A program made the translations under genes and the position numbers. From Vicugna vicugna (lineage: Eukaryota): a DNA stretch of 64,000 nt. Positions 41,845 to 54,760 of this stretch are shown in pieces; the first letter of the stretch is position 1; each line of letters starts with the position of its first letter. The notes below the pieces were generated by a model, which searched no databases, was not told the origin of the DNA, and saw only the letters and a list, made by a program, of their open reading frames with translations. The stretch is taken from assembly GCA_013265495.1 (NCBI GenBank), contig MU058065.1, forward strand, positions 7,750,302-7,814,301, written 5' to 3'.

Positions 41845-42370
41845 GTTCATCATTTAGTTTGGTTCTCCGCAAAAGCAGGGTCTGAGACAAGGGCTTGCAT
41901 GCAAGTGGTTTATTTGGGGGAATGACCCCCAGAGTTGAGAAGAGAAGGACCTGAAAGAACAGAATAGGAAAAGAGAAGCAACTAAATCAAGTATGTGTTA
42001 TTGAGCTGCTTATGCTTCTATGGGCAATTGGAACTCAATCCTGATGAATATCCTCTGAAGAACTACGTGCCTCAGAATTGTCTGAAGCTGTAAGAGAGAA
42101 GTATTTGTCTCCCAGCTCTGCTGCCCTCATTGGTCAAGTTTGCCCCCACAGAGTGTTAACTCCCTAGCACTTCAGACTGGCTGAGCAGGCACACATTGGC
42201 TTCCCGCATGACAGCAGGAAGCCCAGGGCAGGACGCAGGAGACAAGTGATGCAGCTGGGGTTGAAGGTCAGGCAACACCCGCACACAGCTGTTTGCTGAA
42301 GCAGCAGCCAGAGGAGGAATATAGGCTGAGAGGATGTGAGCTGGAGAATAAAAGATGACCAACATGCGTG
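41845..42370 (-). mobile_element. ERVL solo LTR (LTR33/LTR16-like)
   Basis: ggttctccgcaaaagcagggtctgagacaagggcttgcatgcaagtggtttatttggggg. Confidence 0.7.
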
Positions 42371-43180
42371 GTTTGATGAATATACACGAGTATATTCCAA
42401 GCTACCTTTTTTTACCCTCCAAATAGGTACCACAGTCCTACTCTCCCCTGCACTCCCCAAATCCAGAACAGCTTTAGTGAACATAAATACTTTCCTATTC
42501 TACCCTATGCCAGTTAAGCAATGTCCTTATTACATGACCACTCATCTCTAATGCTGTCCATTGTCTAATGCTGTCTGCTGCACGTGGCAGGACCCACATC
42601 TGCCTTTGTCCTCTGGTCTGGCACCCACTACGACTCTGTAGGGTGATATCATTCAACCAAGGCTTTGTGCTGGGAACATGGAGGAGGTGATGGTGGTCCA
42701 GACTGAGCACACTAATCTGCCGGCAATCCTCATTGACACTGCCTCATCCATTGTGACGTGCATATATAAACAAGTTTCTTTTTGCATCATCATTCTCTAC
42801 TAGTCATCACTGAGAAAGTGCTTGGATGGAGGAGACTAACCATCATTTGTTGATCTCAATTTTCCAGACCCTCCCTGTCCCTGGGACCACAAATGGTAGA
42901 TTTGGCTGTACAAAGTGCCTTATAGGAATCAAAGCTCTTGTGCAATACAGAGGTTCTCAGGAAAGCACTGATGGGAAGACTGTGGTAGCCTTCTTTTCTG
43001 TGTCTTGTAGTCATGTGTACACAGAAGGTGCCAAATAAATATTTGATTAGAAACTAAATGAATGAAGTTATTAATCTCATTCTCTCTCGCAGGAAAAATG
43101 TTGATCAGATTATAAACTCTTTAATGGCAAGAATGACTAATAGGACTTTAAGGGTAGAGAATTTGAAAGAGTATGTAATC

Positions 43181-43364
43181 CAGAGGTTCTCAAAGGAGTT
43201 ATTGGACCAGAAGCATCAGCATCTCATGGAAATGTTAGAAATTCAGAGTCTTCGGCCTCATCCAGATTTTCTGAATCGGTAACTCTGTGATTAGAACCCA
43301 GTAACCTGAATTTTAACAACTCACCAAGTGATTCTGATATACGTTAAGGTTTGAGAATCACTGG
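43181..43364. mobile_element. MER5A-like MITE
   Basis: cagaggttctcaaa...cagcatctcatggaaatgttagaaattcag...tttgagaatcactg (terminal inverted repeats). Confidence 0.85.
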
Positions 43365-44564
43365 TCTAGATTTATCTGGCCCCCATTTTTTGTAGATGAG
43401 GAAACTTAAGGCAGAAAATAGAAGCAACACAGCCAAGACTACATAGCCAGGAAATAATAGGGCTCGGAAGGACAGCACCATTTTATGGCCCCATCTTATG
43501 ACTGGGTCTTCTGTCTACTCTTCAATGCCAACACGCTCTCACTTTCCGCCATGTTTCTAGAATAGTGAACTTGTATGTAACTGGTTAGGCTGAGGTGTTG
43601 ATGATGGTAGTTAATAAACCAAAGTTATACATTGGATCTCCAGTTGGAACCATTTCTACTTTCTTTTCTGTGACCACAAACTGTACCCCTACTGCCATAA
43701 ACCATCTCACAAATGCATTCCTTTGATCATTAGGAAGAGGTATAAAAGCAAGGAAGACTTTGTGAAAATCCCATCATTCCTGGGGAAATAATATAAAATA
43801 CATCTATATATTGGTCCTATGACAACATCTTTGTATAGGAATGTGCAATGCACATTGTACATTCCCTGGGTTCCCTGCATGTAGAACAGTGTATGAATTA
43901 AGCCAGAAGAACATCACACCAGTAACCTAGTTCTGGTGCCCTCTGCCAGAAATGCTTCTTCCAATGACAGCCTATCTCCTACTCATGCTTTAAGCTAGAG
44001 GGTCCTAAACTCTGAGGTTTCATGGATCAAAAATATTTCCAAAATATTTTTGAAGGACTGATATGTGATTGCCCCCTTTTATTTTATCAAATAAAGACAA
44101 AGACACAAAAACCAGTACTCCCATTTCTGTTATCAACACCTAATGTCACCATCATTTTACATTAGCTACAAAAAAGCTGAAGCATCTCGGAATAAAGACA
44201 ATATTTTCCCCAAAATGTGAATTCATGCACTTTTACTATTGTCCACTTTTTCTCATTTGTCTTCTGCTCTGTAAAACAATTATGAGATGGCATGGTTCTA
44301 CAGATCAGGATTTGGAAACCACTTTTCCTTTAAGCCAAATCGTCTTCTGTGCAGACTGGCTTAGATCCGTCTCTATTTGACTCCCACAACATCACATGAC
44401 TATTTCAATGATTGTTTTTTATATTCATTCATAGTTATCTACTTATGAGTATGTTTCCCCTACTCTAGTGTAAGTTCTAAAAAACAAGAATTGAGACTAT
44501 TTAAATATTTGATTTTGTTCTTTGGCATTTGTCTGGCACATGAGAGCCAGGCAATAAACAATTG

Positions 44565-44662
44565 TGGAAGGAAGGAAAGGAAAGAAGGAAGGAACGAAGG
44601 AAGGAACAAAGGAAGGAACAAAGGAAGGAATGAAGGATGGATGGAAGGAAGGAGGAAGGAGG
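44565..44662. repeat. Degenerate (GGAA)n at the 3' end of an L2 fragment
   Basis: Follows tctggcacatgagagccaggcaataaacaattg. Confidence 0.8.
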
Positions 44663-46019
44663 GGCAATTTTTGGATTTTGAAACAGACAAAATCTCTCTA
44701 ATAACTAGTATTTCTGGCTTTAATTCTTAGACTTGAAAAGGACACTTAATGTGGGCCACCTGAGCCAGACAACCCCATTCCAGCCAAGGAAGCAGTATCT
44801 GGAGCCAAGTGAATCCATACTTGACTTGCTGTCTTACCAGACATCAGGCATGACCTCCTTCTGGCTGCTTACACTCTAAAAACAGCCTGATATCAGAGCC
44901 GTGGCTTTCAAGAGGCAAATGGGGGCAGTAGACAAATTGGGAAAAGGAACCAGCTAGGGAGGGATTTATGGAGGGATCTGAAGGGAAGTTGCAATTCATT
45001 AGAGCCACGTTTGTGGAGCTACCAGGCAGGCCAGGGAATGGCATGGACATTGAGCTCAGAGAGCTGTGCATTGATGAGATTTCTCATTTGCACTGCATCT
45101 TAAAGGCCATGTTGATGTTAGACAGTTATGCGTATGTCTCTGGAACGGGAACCTCTGGAGAGTTTAAGAAGCTGCCATGGTCTCTAAGTTCCTGGCTTGC
45201 ACAAGCTGTTGGTTGGTGCACCATGATGCAATGGGGTTTGATATTTCAAAAAGGTCCAAAGACAGGACAAAACCACCTCTGTGCCAGGAAAGAGGATGGG
45301 GGGAAGAGGAGGTGGGCCACACAATAAACCCCAGAAGGCAAGGCAGTTTTTAGGTTCCCATAATCACAGGCAAGATGGCAGGAAGGAGCACCCCCCACCA
45401 TAATCCCTCAGGGCGGGGGGAGGAGGGGAGGACAGTGACAACATCTCCTTTTACCCACCCACTTCCTTGCCCCAGTGCCCAGGGAATGCGTCATGGAAGA
45501 CAGACCAATGTCTTCATGTCTACATCCCCGGGACTTTCCTAAAGGGAGAAAGAATTCCTGTTTGGGGAATTTTTAAAGTCTTTGTGTTGGATGTCTTCCC
45601 TCGGCCCAAGCTTCCAAGCTGGAGCAGAAGTTGAATGGGTATCATAACTTACTGAAAATAGGAGACTGGATTCAATGACTCCTAAAGGGCCACACCAGAA
45701 GAGGGGCTCAGAAAAGGAGAGAAAATAAAACAGAGACAAAAGAGGCCGAAGATACAAGAGGCAGTGAGTGGCAGAAGCCAGGAGTTGGAGCTGATTAGAA
45801 AGTTCATGCAGGGACATTTAAGCAAAGTAGGAAGTGATTAATCACCCCCTACGATTCACTCACTAGTGTACTAAGCAAATATTTATGGACGTCCTGCCGC
45901 TTGCCAGGTATGATGCTGAGCCCCTCCCTCAAGGAGTTTACAGTCTACTGAGGTGGGGGGGGGACAAGTAAACAGACACCTGCAGTAGAAATGCTACTGA
46001 ATGTTTACACAGGACCAGC

Positions 46020-46200
46020 TGATACCAGGCAGGCTTCTCAGCACTCTGCTTTTAATCCTCCCAACCACCTAGGAAGTAGGTCCTATTATTAGTATCACCC
46101 TCATTCTACAACCAGGAAATGGAGACCCAGGAAGTTTAAGTAACATGCTCTAGATCATCCAGGTGTGAGTTGTAGAGCTGGAGAGGAAAGCCTGTGTTCT
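46020..46200 (-). mobile_element. MIR SINE
   Basis: tttaatcctcccaaccacctaggaagtagg...aggaaatggagacccagg...taagtaacatgctc. Confidence 0.8.
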
Positions 46201-46809
46201 CATAATATCGCACAGAGAGGCAGGGTCACCACAGTGGTCAATCTCACAAAGAAAAGGAAGAACAAGGCAATAAGAGTTCAGAGGACAAGGCTCAGAAGCT
46301 CCTCCTCATAACAAAGCTGAGTTCTGAAGAATAGTGGACAAATAATAAAAGAAGACTATTAAAGCTTGAGCTGACATAGGGAGAGAGAAAAGGAACCAAG
46401 AAATTTAAACTAAAAAGTATAGAAATGGAACAGGAGTCAAGATTTGGAATTTTAAAATCAGGAAGACACAAAAATTCAGACTGACCTGCCCACGTGCATT
46501 GATCTTGTCCATCCCAACGGCTCCCTCCCTACCAACACCAGCAATCCTGCTTTTCCAGCCCCTGCCCCAAAGAGAAAAGGCTTCCTGCAATATATCTCTT
46601 CAGGACCTACCTCAAGACTAGCCCTGATTTGGACAAAAATGAAAAAGAGACTTAAAAAATAAAATAAAGTAAAACAGGAGATGGTCAAATGACATTGGGA
46701 ACTGGAGCTACCAAAAAAGTCTTACTTATGTCAAACCTTTGAAAACGTAGTCTGGTAGAAACAGAAAAGCCAAAGAGAAGGAAACAATAAGTTGGACATT
46801 TGTGTAGGT

Positions 46810-47000
46810 TAGTGCTGTTCAGTAGAACTCCCTAAGTGACTAAAGTGTTCTCAGCAATACAGCAGCCACTATCACGTGTGGCTATTTAAGTTTTTTTTTT
46901 AATTTAAATAACATTTTAAATTCAGTTCCTCAGTTACACTAGCGACTACATTTCAAGTACTCAGTAGCCACATGAGTCTAGTGGCTGCCATATTGGAACT
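46810..47000 (+). mobile_element. MER3-like MITE
   Basis: agtgctgttcagtagaact...aaattcagttcctcagttacactagc...gtagccacatg...gtggctgccatattgga. Confidence 0.8.
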
Positions 47001-47359
47001 CACAGTCCTAGACTATAAACTTTTGTTGAGTACAATAGAAGGAAAATTTGAAGGTCCAAATTTAGGGTACAGTTCAATAGTTTTACAATATACGGCCTTC
47101 CTTTAGGAGAGAGAACATTTTTTTCTAGTGAAAAAAAAAAAGCCATAGTGGAAGTGAGAAAATCATTTGGATAACTAGACACTTGATAGGTGTGCATGAG
47201 ATAATTCTTGTTTGATAGGGAGATTCTGTGTCATGAGTGAGGAAACCTAACTCCTCATTTCTCATGCTCAGCCTGACATGTGCTTCTTGTGTGAGCTCAC
47301 ACGAACTAGTTCTCCTCTCTGATCTTCTTCCTCTTCTCTAATGAAGATTTAGTCTTGAT

Positions 47360-47560
47360 TGTGGATGACAAATAGGAAACTAAAAAGCACGTACACCACC
47401 ACGCCTCGTACCTGTTCCACAGCAAACATGGTAGTTAAGCACAACACTCTTCCCCGCCGAGCTGAGGTCGGCCTTGGGCCTCTTTACAGTTTAGTACATC
47501 AAGCAGCTGCCAACAATTAATCAGAATTGTCACAGACAATGAAACCTCTTTCCTACCTCA
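47360..47560. mobile_element. MER103-like hAT MITE
   Basis: gtggatgacaaatagg...cacaacactcttccccgccgagc...aattaatcagaattgtcac...tgaaacct. Confidence 0.55.
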
Positions 47561-47701
47561 GTTTGGGCTAACCACTAAGTTAATTCAAAAAAACAAAATC
47601 AAGAGAATGAAATAACTGAAAAGACCATTAACTGGACAATTGTCTTCAAGACCACTGGCCACAACCTTCCAATAGCCTTTCTCAGGAATCAGGTTGCTTG
47701 T

Positions 47702-47827
47702 TTCTGTTTTGTTTTGTTTTTTTTAACTTTTTTTTATTGAGTTATAGTCATTTTACAATGTTGTGTCAAATTCCAGTGTAGAGCACAATTTTTCAGTTAT
47801 ACATGAACATACATATATTCACTGTCA
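47702..47827 (-). mobile_element. Short young L1 3' end
   Basis: Reverse complement matches 33456-33553 with about 3 mismatches. Confidence 0.9.
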
Positions 47828-48207
47828 TTAGAATTCTTTGATAGTATTTAATCTGAGATGATAACTCTGCTGTGAGAATTAATTTTTCAAATACTAACTT
47901 GGGTAGGCTAAAGTGCCCAGTCATTTGGTCAAACACCAGTCAAGATGCTGCTTTGATGATATGATGTACTTAACACTTTGAGTAAAGTAGATTACCCTGC
48001 ATAGGTGGGTGGACCTCATCTAATCAGGTGAAGGTCTTAAGAGAAAAGACTGAGCTCTCCGGAAGTGGAGAGAATTCTGTCTCCAGGATACCTTCATACT
48101 CAAGGTAGTACTCTTCCCTGGGTCTCTAGCCTGCTGGCTTCCCCACAGATTTCAGACTTTCCAGCCTCCACAATTGCATAAGCCAGTTCCTTAAACTATC
48201 ACTCACT

Positions 48208-48370
48208 ACAGGAAACTATATTCAATATCGTGTAGAAACCTACAGCAAAAAAGAATATGAAAATGAATTTATGTGTGTTCATGTACGACTGAAGCATTGT
48301 GCTATAATCAGAAATTGACACAACATTGTATGACTATACTTCAATAAAAATATATATATATATACAAAAA
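48208..48370 (+). mobile_element. Short L1 3'UTR insertion
   Basis: acaggaaactatattcaatatc...gaaattgacacaacattgtatgactatacttcaataaaaa. Confidence 0.85.
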
Positions 48371-48399
48371 AACTCTCTTACTCTCTCTATATATGTTTA

Positions 48400-48637
48400 T
48401 AGTTGACTCTTGAACAATACAGGTTTAAACTATGTGGGTCAATTTATATGGGGTTTTTTTTTTGTTACTAAATACATACTATAGTACTTCATGATCAGCA
48501 GTTGGTTGAATCCATGGATGCAGAACTGTAGATGTGGAGAAACTTCATGTATGGAGGGGCAACTATAAGTTATACATGGATTTTCAAATGAATGGAAAAT
48601 TAGCACCTCAACCCACCTGCTGTTCAAGAGTCAGCTG
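48400..48637. mobile_element. Tigger2-family MITE (238 bp)
   Basis: Terminal inverted repeats tagttgactcttgaaca / tgttcaagagtcagctg flanked by a TA TSD. Confidence 0.85.
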
Positions 48638-48640
48638 TAT

Positions 48641-48679
<39 letters not shown>

Positions 48680-49139
48680 ATTTGATTTATTCTTGAGAGA
48701 ACGCTGATTAATACACCTGCCAAGAACACAATAATACACGTATGTACCTACAGTCCTATAGGGGCACTGAACACACAACCACTAGTATAAAGACACACAT
48801 TTCACCTGAAGTAAATGCTGGTGTGCTTGTATGTTTGTGAGGTGGAGGATTTGGGGAAGTCCTAAGCCCTTTTCTCAACCTTGCCTTGGCCTAGACACTT
48901 CAGGCTTCATGATCTATGGAAAATGTTTACCAGTGTCCTTTTCTGACCCTGGATGCAAAGGAGAGAGAAAGAGAAGGAATCCATACCATCACAAGTCTCT
49001 GGTTAATTGCTCAGGTGCAAACAGGCCTGGGCCCGCACTGAAGACAGAGCACAGTGTCACAACCAGCCTGCGCACAAGTATGGAACAGCATCTTCCAGGG
49101 GCTAGGACTTCTCACTCCTTCCTCTCTTTAATCACTCAA

Positions 49140-49430
49140 CAAACTTCAGGAACTTGCCAATGCATAGAAAGAAACGGGAATAATTTTCACTCTCAGATAA
49201 ATTTTATCTGGCCAGCATGCCTTTCCTTAAAAATTAGAAAATTTCGTATTAAAATCCAGATTCCCGCTTCTCTTTGCAAGAAGGAACATTGAACACATTC
49301 TGCCCCCTTTTTTGTGTGGTCAGAACAAGGTGGGGCTAAGTAAATGGGGAGGACTCCAGCTAATCCCTGTGTCCTTCATCGGGCCCACTAGGGTCACCTA
49401 CTGTATGTCTAAGCATTTGCGGTGGGCACC
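49140..49430. mobile_element. MER102-like hAT MITE
   Basis: aaaatccagattcccgcttctc...ggggctaagta...aagcatttgcggtgggcacc. Confidence 0.5.
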
Positions 49431-50169
49431 TTAGCTACTCTGTCCTGGGCCGGGACTTCATGAAGGAAGCCCTTACTTACCCCTCTGGGGGTGCCCCACA
49501 GGGCTGTCCTCAAGGATCTCTCATTCTGTGTTGGCATGGCACAGGCTCCAATTCACAGGGTCTAGCTGAAGCCTCCATTTGACTTCTACAGCGGCAAGCA
49601 GCATCAGCAACTGCCAGCGAGAAGCGGGTGGGAGCAGCTCCAAGGGAACCAAACAGCCTGGGAATGAGAGCCCAGGGTGGGGGTGTCAGGGCTAAGAATG
49701 CTGCCTGTGCCACTTTAAACGGCAGATTGGGCACACCTGGAGTCGGGACAGGGTGGGTGCTCTGTGCCCTAGCACATGTTTAAAGTCACACAGGCTAAGC
49801 AGAAAATGCCTAATGCGTTGTCCCTCCGCCCATGGACTAGCCCTCCGGCTGGTGAAAGGGAGGGAGCTGAGAATATTAGAGCCAGCTCAGAAGAGAGAAG
49901 GCAGCGTATACTTGGCCAAGGCAAAACAAATGTCAGACACCCCCATCCCAGCCTTTTGTTATTTGGGGGTTTCCTGCTGCCCCCCTTGCCCTTGCGGGAA
50001 CATTGCTTAAGTGGGTTTCTAGAAAAGATTTCAGAGGAGTCTCCTTAACACAGAGAGTCCCTTCCTCGAATGGGCTGCTCCTCCCACTGTGCCTGCAGTC
50101 TTGTCTCTGTGCTGTTCTCTGACTGGCCCTCTCTCACCTCAAGACCCATTTCAAGAGCCACCTGCCCTC

Positions 50170-50350
50170 TGGCCACCTATGGTGATTTAAACAGAAATTT
50201 CTTGAAATCAAATAAAATGAAAATATTCAGGTCCTCGGTCTCACTAGCCACATTTCCAGGGCTCAACAGCTACGTGCAGCTAGTGGTTACCATGTGGGAC
50301 AGTGCAGACATAGAATATTTCCATGGTTGCAGAACGAGCTATGGACGAGG
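50170..50350 (+). mobile_element. Partial MER3-like MITE
   Basis: aaatattcaggtcctcggtctcactagccacatttccagggctcaacagctacgtg...ggacagtgcagacatagaa. Confidence 0.75.
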
Positions 50351-53300
50351 CAATATCACAATCTAGAGTGGAGCCTGGGAGTGTAGGGGAACTGGGAAGG
50401 CAGAAACAGGTAGTCCCGGGGCACCTTCAAACTATCCCTACTCTCTTCCTTCTTCTCAGGGCCCCCTGATCTGAACTGAAATCAGTGTAAGCTACTAGGG
50501 GGAAAGCCTGGAACAGTTCTGGCTGCAGTCTGCTCCTGTGGTGGGTGGGTTCTGGGAGGGAGGGGGACACGCAAAGCCAGGAGAGGTTGAGTTAGTGAAA
50601 GGATCTGAGATCACCATTAGCACTGCCCTTGTACTGGCCAGTGTCCCAAACCCCCAGGTTCCTCAGGGGGAGACAGAAACACCCTAGGCCCCAGGCTCAG
50701 CCCTCTCCCCAGTCAGGGTCCTGGACAGAAAGGTTTTTCAGAAAAAGGAGAGGCTGGGAGAGGCATGGACACAGGCATGGCCATGTCCCCTTCCAAATGG
50801 TAGGAGGGATGAAGTGTGCAGGCAAGGGGCCCTCTGTGATCTGGAATGAAGCCCTGGAGCATGGGAACTTTCACCTTGACCTTCTCAAGCAGAAAACCTG
50901 TCTGAGGTCCTGCTGGTTCCAAGCTGACAGCATTGTTCTCAGCCCACCCACCAGTGAGCGTTCAGCTGCAGTTTTCACCATGAACAGGGAATGCCTCCTT
51001 CAACCCACGATTCTCTGGCCAGGAAGATGTGACCCCAAGAACCTGACTCCTCTGGTCTGCCTCCTATTAACCCTGTGGCCGCATTCAGGGTCTTACCTCT
51101 GCTCTGGCCCATCCCTTTCTTTGCCAAACACTGCAAAGGCTGAGAGAAAACGAGGAAAAGGGAGTGGTGGTTAAAGAGGGCGAGATGAGGAGGAGAGAGG
51201 AATAGGGTGCTGGGAAGAAGGGAAAGGAGCCAGGAGGCTGGATAAATACTGACGAGATGGAGGGAAGCAAGGGAGAGAGCAGGAGACTTGGAACAGAGAA
51301 TCCCAAGCGCACAGTCGCTGCTGTGTCTGTGCTGCCGCTGGCTTGAACCGTTCCCGGCCTCACACCATCTGCTGGGCTGACTCACCCTTGGTGGCAGCTG
51401 GTCAGTGGGACCCAGTGTTGACCAGGCGAGGTGGAGAGGAGGGGCAGAGGGGGTAGCTTTCTTTCCTCCCTCAGGCCCTGGAGTACACATTCCCAGCCCT
51501 TCCTGCCTGCCAGAACCAGAGGCACGGAGATGAGGTGGTCTCTAGCCAGCGGAGCAGGTAAGGATGGCTCCTCTGCTCAGCCAGCAGCTCACAGGTCAGG
51601 GCTGCTGCTTGAAGACCCTGCCTCAGCATCAAGCCAGGGAACAGGGCTGTGGGTCAGGGAGCACAGTCAGTGTTTTCTGGGGCCCTAGCCCTTTAACAAT
51701 CCATTCAGGATGAAAGGATGTCCTTGGAGGCCCCCTATTTGAGCTTACTCAACCCAGTCCATGCTACCCAAACTTATGTATATGTCAATGGTCTTTTCAA
51801 AGCAAAGTGACTCAGCTTCTCTGGTCTCCTCCCCATGGTCTCCAGCCTTCTTTGCCTCTGAGATCTTTCTGTACTTCTCCAGGGAATCAGGTCATATAGA
51901 AGAGTTCTTATTTCTCCATTTTCTTCCAGCTGTAGAATTCAGTTTTGCTTTTTTACAAATAAAGTAACAGAAACCCAGAAAGGGAAGATGATTGGGTAGA
52001 GGCTGCTTACCTGGAGGTATCCGGCCAAGATGGGAACCTGTGGCTCTGGACTCCCAGCCTGACCCTGTCTCCTTTGCTTCTCCTAGTCGCCACTAAATGG
52101 AGAGCAAATGAAGTAAACAGTCAGTTCCACACCCCACAGCATAATGCAACTAAGCGTACAAGCTCTGCCATCACATCTTAGAGGACTTTAACCTACCTGT
52201 TAGAGCTGACCGTTTCCTCTTTTTCACTAAAGGATTCAAAGACCATCTGGCAGGCTGGTTTGCATAATCATTTGGGATCTCTGCTTCCCAGGGCTATTGT
52301 GAAGCTAAGAGGAGACTGGGGAGGACAGGGAATGAACATTTCATAGATCATCGGCCATGGCCCCTGGGAGGTACAGTCCTTTGAGTAAAAGGTGGCCTGG
52401 GACTGCCAATGGCTCCCATCCATCCACCACCCCTGGTTGAGCCCTGATGATGAAAATCTTTTTGTGGGGCCATTGCGGATTCCTGGAAGGGCTGAGGCTG
52501 CAGGCATGCTTCATGGGAAGACACCATGTACAATTTCCAAACAAATTCACAGCTCAATTGTGCTGCCTGGCTGGTTCCGAATTCCTCCCGCTGAGCCTGC
52601 TTTCCCTCTGACTTTTTTTTTTAATTATTAAAAATACAGGCCATCTGCCATCTCTGTAGGAGGAAGGAGACTGCTGGAGGGCCATAAACAGATCCTACGT
52701 GACGCCAGGGCCATAGGGCTCACCTCTGCCAAGCAGCCTCAACCATCCAGTCCTAGAAAATGTCCAGCAGATTCCAACTATTTTTTCCCTAGGGACTTTC
52801 TGTTTCTGCTCAGAAGAAAGCTGGTATAGGAGAGCAGATGCAAAGTGCACGCGGCGAGGAACAAGGGGGTCAGGATGTGGGATTAGGAGAGATGGGAGGC
52901 TTTGACAGGAATCCCACAGTAGTTTTTTCCTTGGGAAAACTGAATTTTGCAAGTTTTTCTAGTCCCTGCTGACTCAGAGAAGAAAACTCAGATGTCAGAT
53001 TCCCACATTAAGGTGCTTTCTACAGCCTTACACACCCCCTGGCTCCTCAGTAGAAGTATTCATTTCGCTTGACGTCAACAATCCAGGTTTGCAATAATGT
53101 AGTGGTAAGGTAACCCAGACTTATTTGGCTTAATTTGCATATGAGCCCTAGGGCACCATGGGAGATGAATGGGTGTCTCTCTAACTGAAAGCAGTAGCTG
53201 ACAGAAAGAATTTTTAGCACAGATTTTCTGCAACCTCACAAAGGATATATTTGGTTTCCTGCAGAAGATAAATCAACGTGGTAATGCTGAGGATAGACTT

Positions 53301-53579
53301 GTGAACCCCCCGGAGGTGACAGTAAGCCATAAAGCTCATGGTATTACAAAGGCAACTATTAGTGTTAGCATCCTGCTAGGGTCCCAAGGCCTCTGGAGCC
53401 AGACTGCCTGGGGCAGAGTTCCTCACTTCTCATCAGTATGAGCCCAAGACATATAAACCTTAGGTTAAAATTCCAGTTTTTAAGGGACATGTCTCAGTAT
53501 TAATGTGTCACACACTTGTCCTTTGCAATTTGCTTTTGTTCTTATCTTTTTATCTCCTACACATTCCATTTATTCACAT

Positions 53580-54200
53580 TGTAGTGGATTGGATTGGATT
53601 CCCCCAAAGGCAGGTTTAAGTCCTAACCCCTAGTATCTGTGAATGTGACCTTATTTGGAAATAGGGTCTTTGCAGATGGAAAGTTAAGATAAAGTCATTC
53701 TGTACTAGGGTGAGCCCTAAATCCAGTGACTGATGTCTGTTTAAGAGAAAGGGGAGAGAGATTTGGACACAGAGATAGAGGAAACACAAAGAAGAAGGCC
53801 AGGTGATGATGAAGGCAGAGATTGGAAAGATTCAGCTCTGAGCCAAGGGCCACCAAGGATTGCCAGGAGCCACCAAAAGCTAGGAAGAGACAAGGAAGGA
53901 TTCCTCCCTGGAGCTTTCAGAGAGCGCATCACCCTTCCAACACTTTGATTTCAGACTTTTGGCCTCCAGAACCATGGGGGAAAAAATTCTGTTGTTTTAA
54001 GCCACCAAATTTTTAAACAATTTTTAATAGGGGGAATAATCAGCTTATTTATTTACTTATTTATTTTTATGGAGGTACTGGGGATCAAACCCAGGACCAC
54101 ATGCATGTTAAGCATGTACTCTACCACTGAGCTATACCCTTCCCCCACCAAGTCACCAATTTTGTGATAATTTGTGATGCAGCCCCAGGAAACCAATACA
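53580..54200 (+). mobile_element. MLT1 (B/C-like) solo LTR containing a SINE insertion
   Basis: gaatgtgaccttatttggaaatagggtctttgcagatg...agccccaggaaaccaataca. Confidence 0.9.
54013..54149 (-). mobile_element. tRNA-Ala-derived SINE (vic-1-like)
   Basis: ggaggtactggggatcaaacccagg...ctctaccactgagctatac; imperfect TSD aagccaccaaattt/aagtcaccaatttt. Confidence 0.9.
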
Positions 54201-54569
54201 CCCAAGTATCTATGTGTATCTACCAAGTTCATATGTGTATGAATGCTCCCTCACAGTGATTGAGACTAAGAAGAGGCTGCTAAGCTGGTCAGTCTTGAGT
54301 TGGAGGAAAATAAGTCCATCCAACTGGCTGTAAGCAACATGTTTCAAAGTAAGTGTTGGGAAGAGAGGCTGCTTATAATTCTTGCTTATTGTCCCCTCTA
54401 CCTGTGCCCACATTCAGACAGATTCAGAATTTCTCTGTAAGGATGATGTTGGGTTTAGGTGGTGTCAACCAGCTACAGTTTCTGTGATCAGCATTGGAGG
54501 GAGGCGAGCCTGGAAAGAGTGTTCCCTCAAATGTTAACACCAGGGAGAGTGGAGAGGTTAAGGGTACAA

Positions 54570-54760
54570 TGTGGGAACTCCTCGACCGCTGTGTGAGCCT
54601 GAGCCAGTTCCCTACAGTCTCTGAGCCTCACTTCCCTGGTCTGTGAAATGGGCATCATCGCAGCAGCCTCCTCCTGAGGAGCTGCAAGAAGTAAAAGAGC
54701 TGATATCTGCCAAGCACACAGCACAGGGCTTGGTGCAGAGGAAGCCCTCAAGGGCTGGTT
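54570..54760 (+). mobile_element. MIR SINE
   Basis: gctgtgtgagcctgagccagtt...tctctgagcctcacttccctggtctgtgaaatggg. Confidence 0.8.

Larger units (their letters stand above)
47871..48715 (+). mobile_element. MLT2 (ERVL) solo LTR, interrupted by an L1 tail and a Tigger MITE
   Basis: gtgcccagtcatttggtcaaacaccagt...gagtaaagtagattaccctgcataggtgggtggacctcatctaatcag...gagaacgctgattaataca. Confidence 0.85.

Noticed and set aside
50629..51490. Longest non-L1 ORFs (181 and 171 aa)
   Set aside because: They overlap on opposite strands in GC-richer sequence and show no recognisable domain, so they are most likely chance ORFs.
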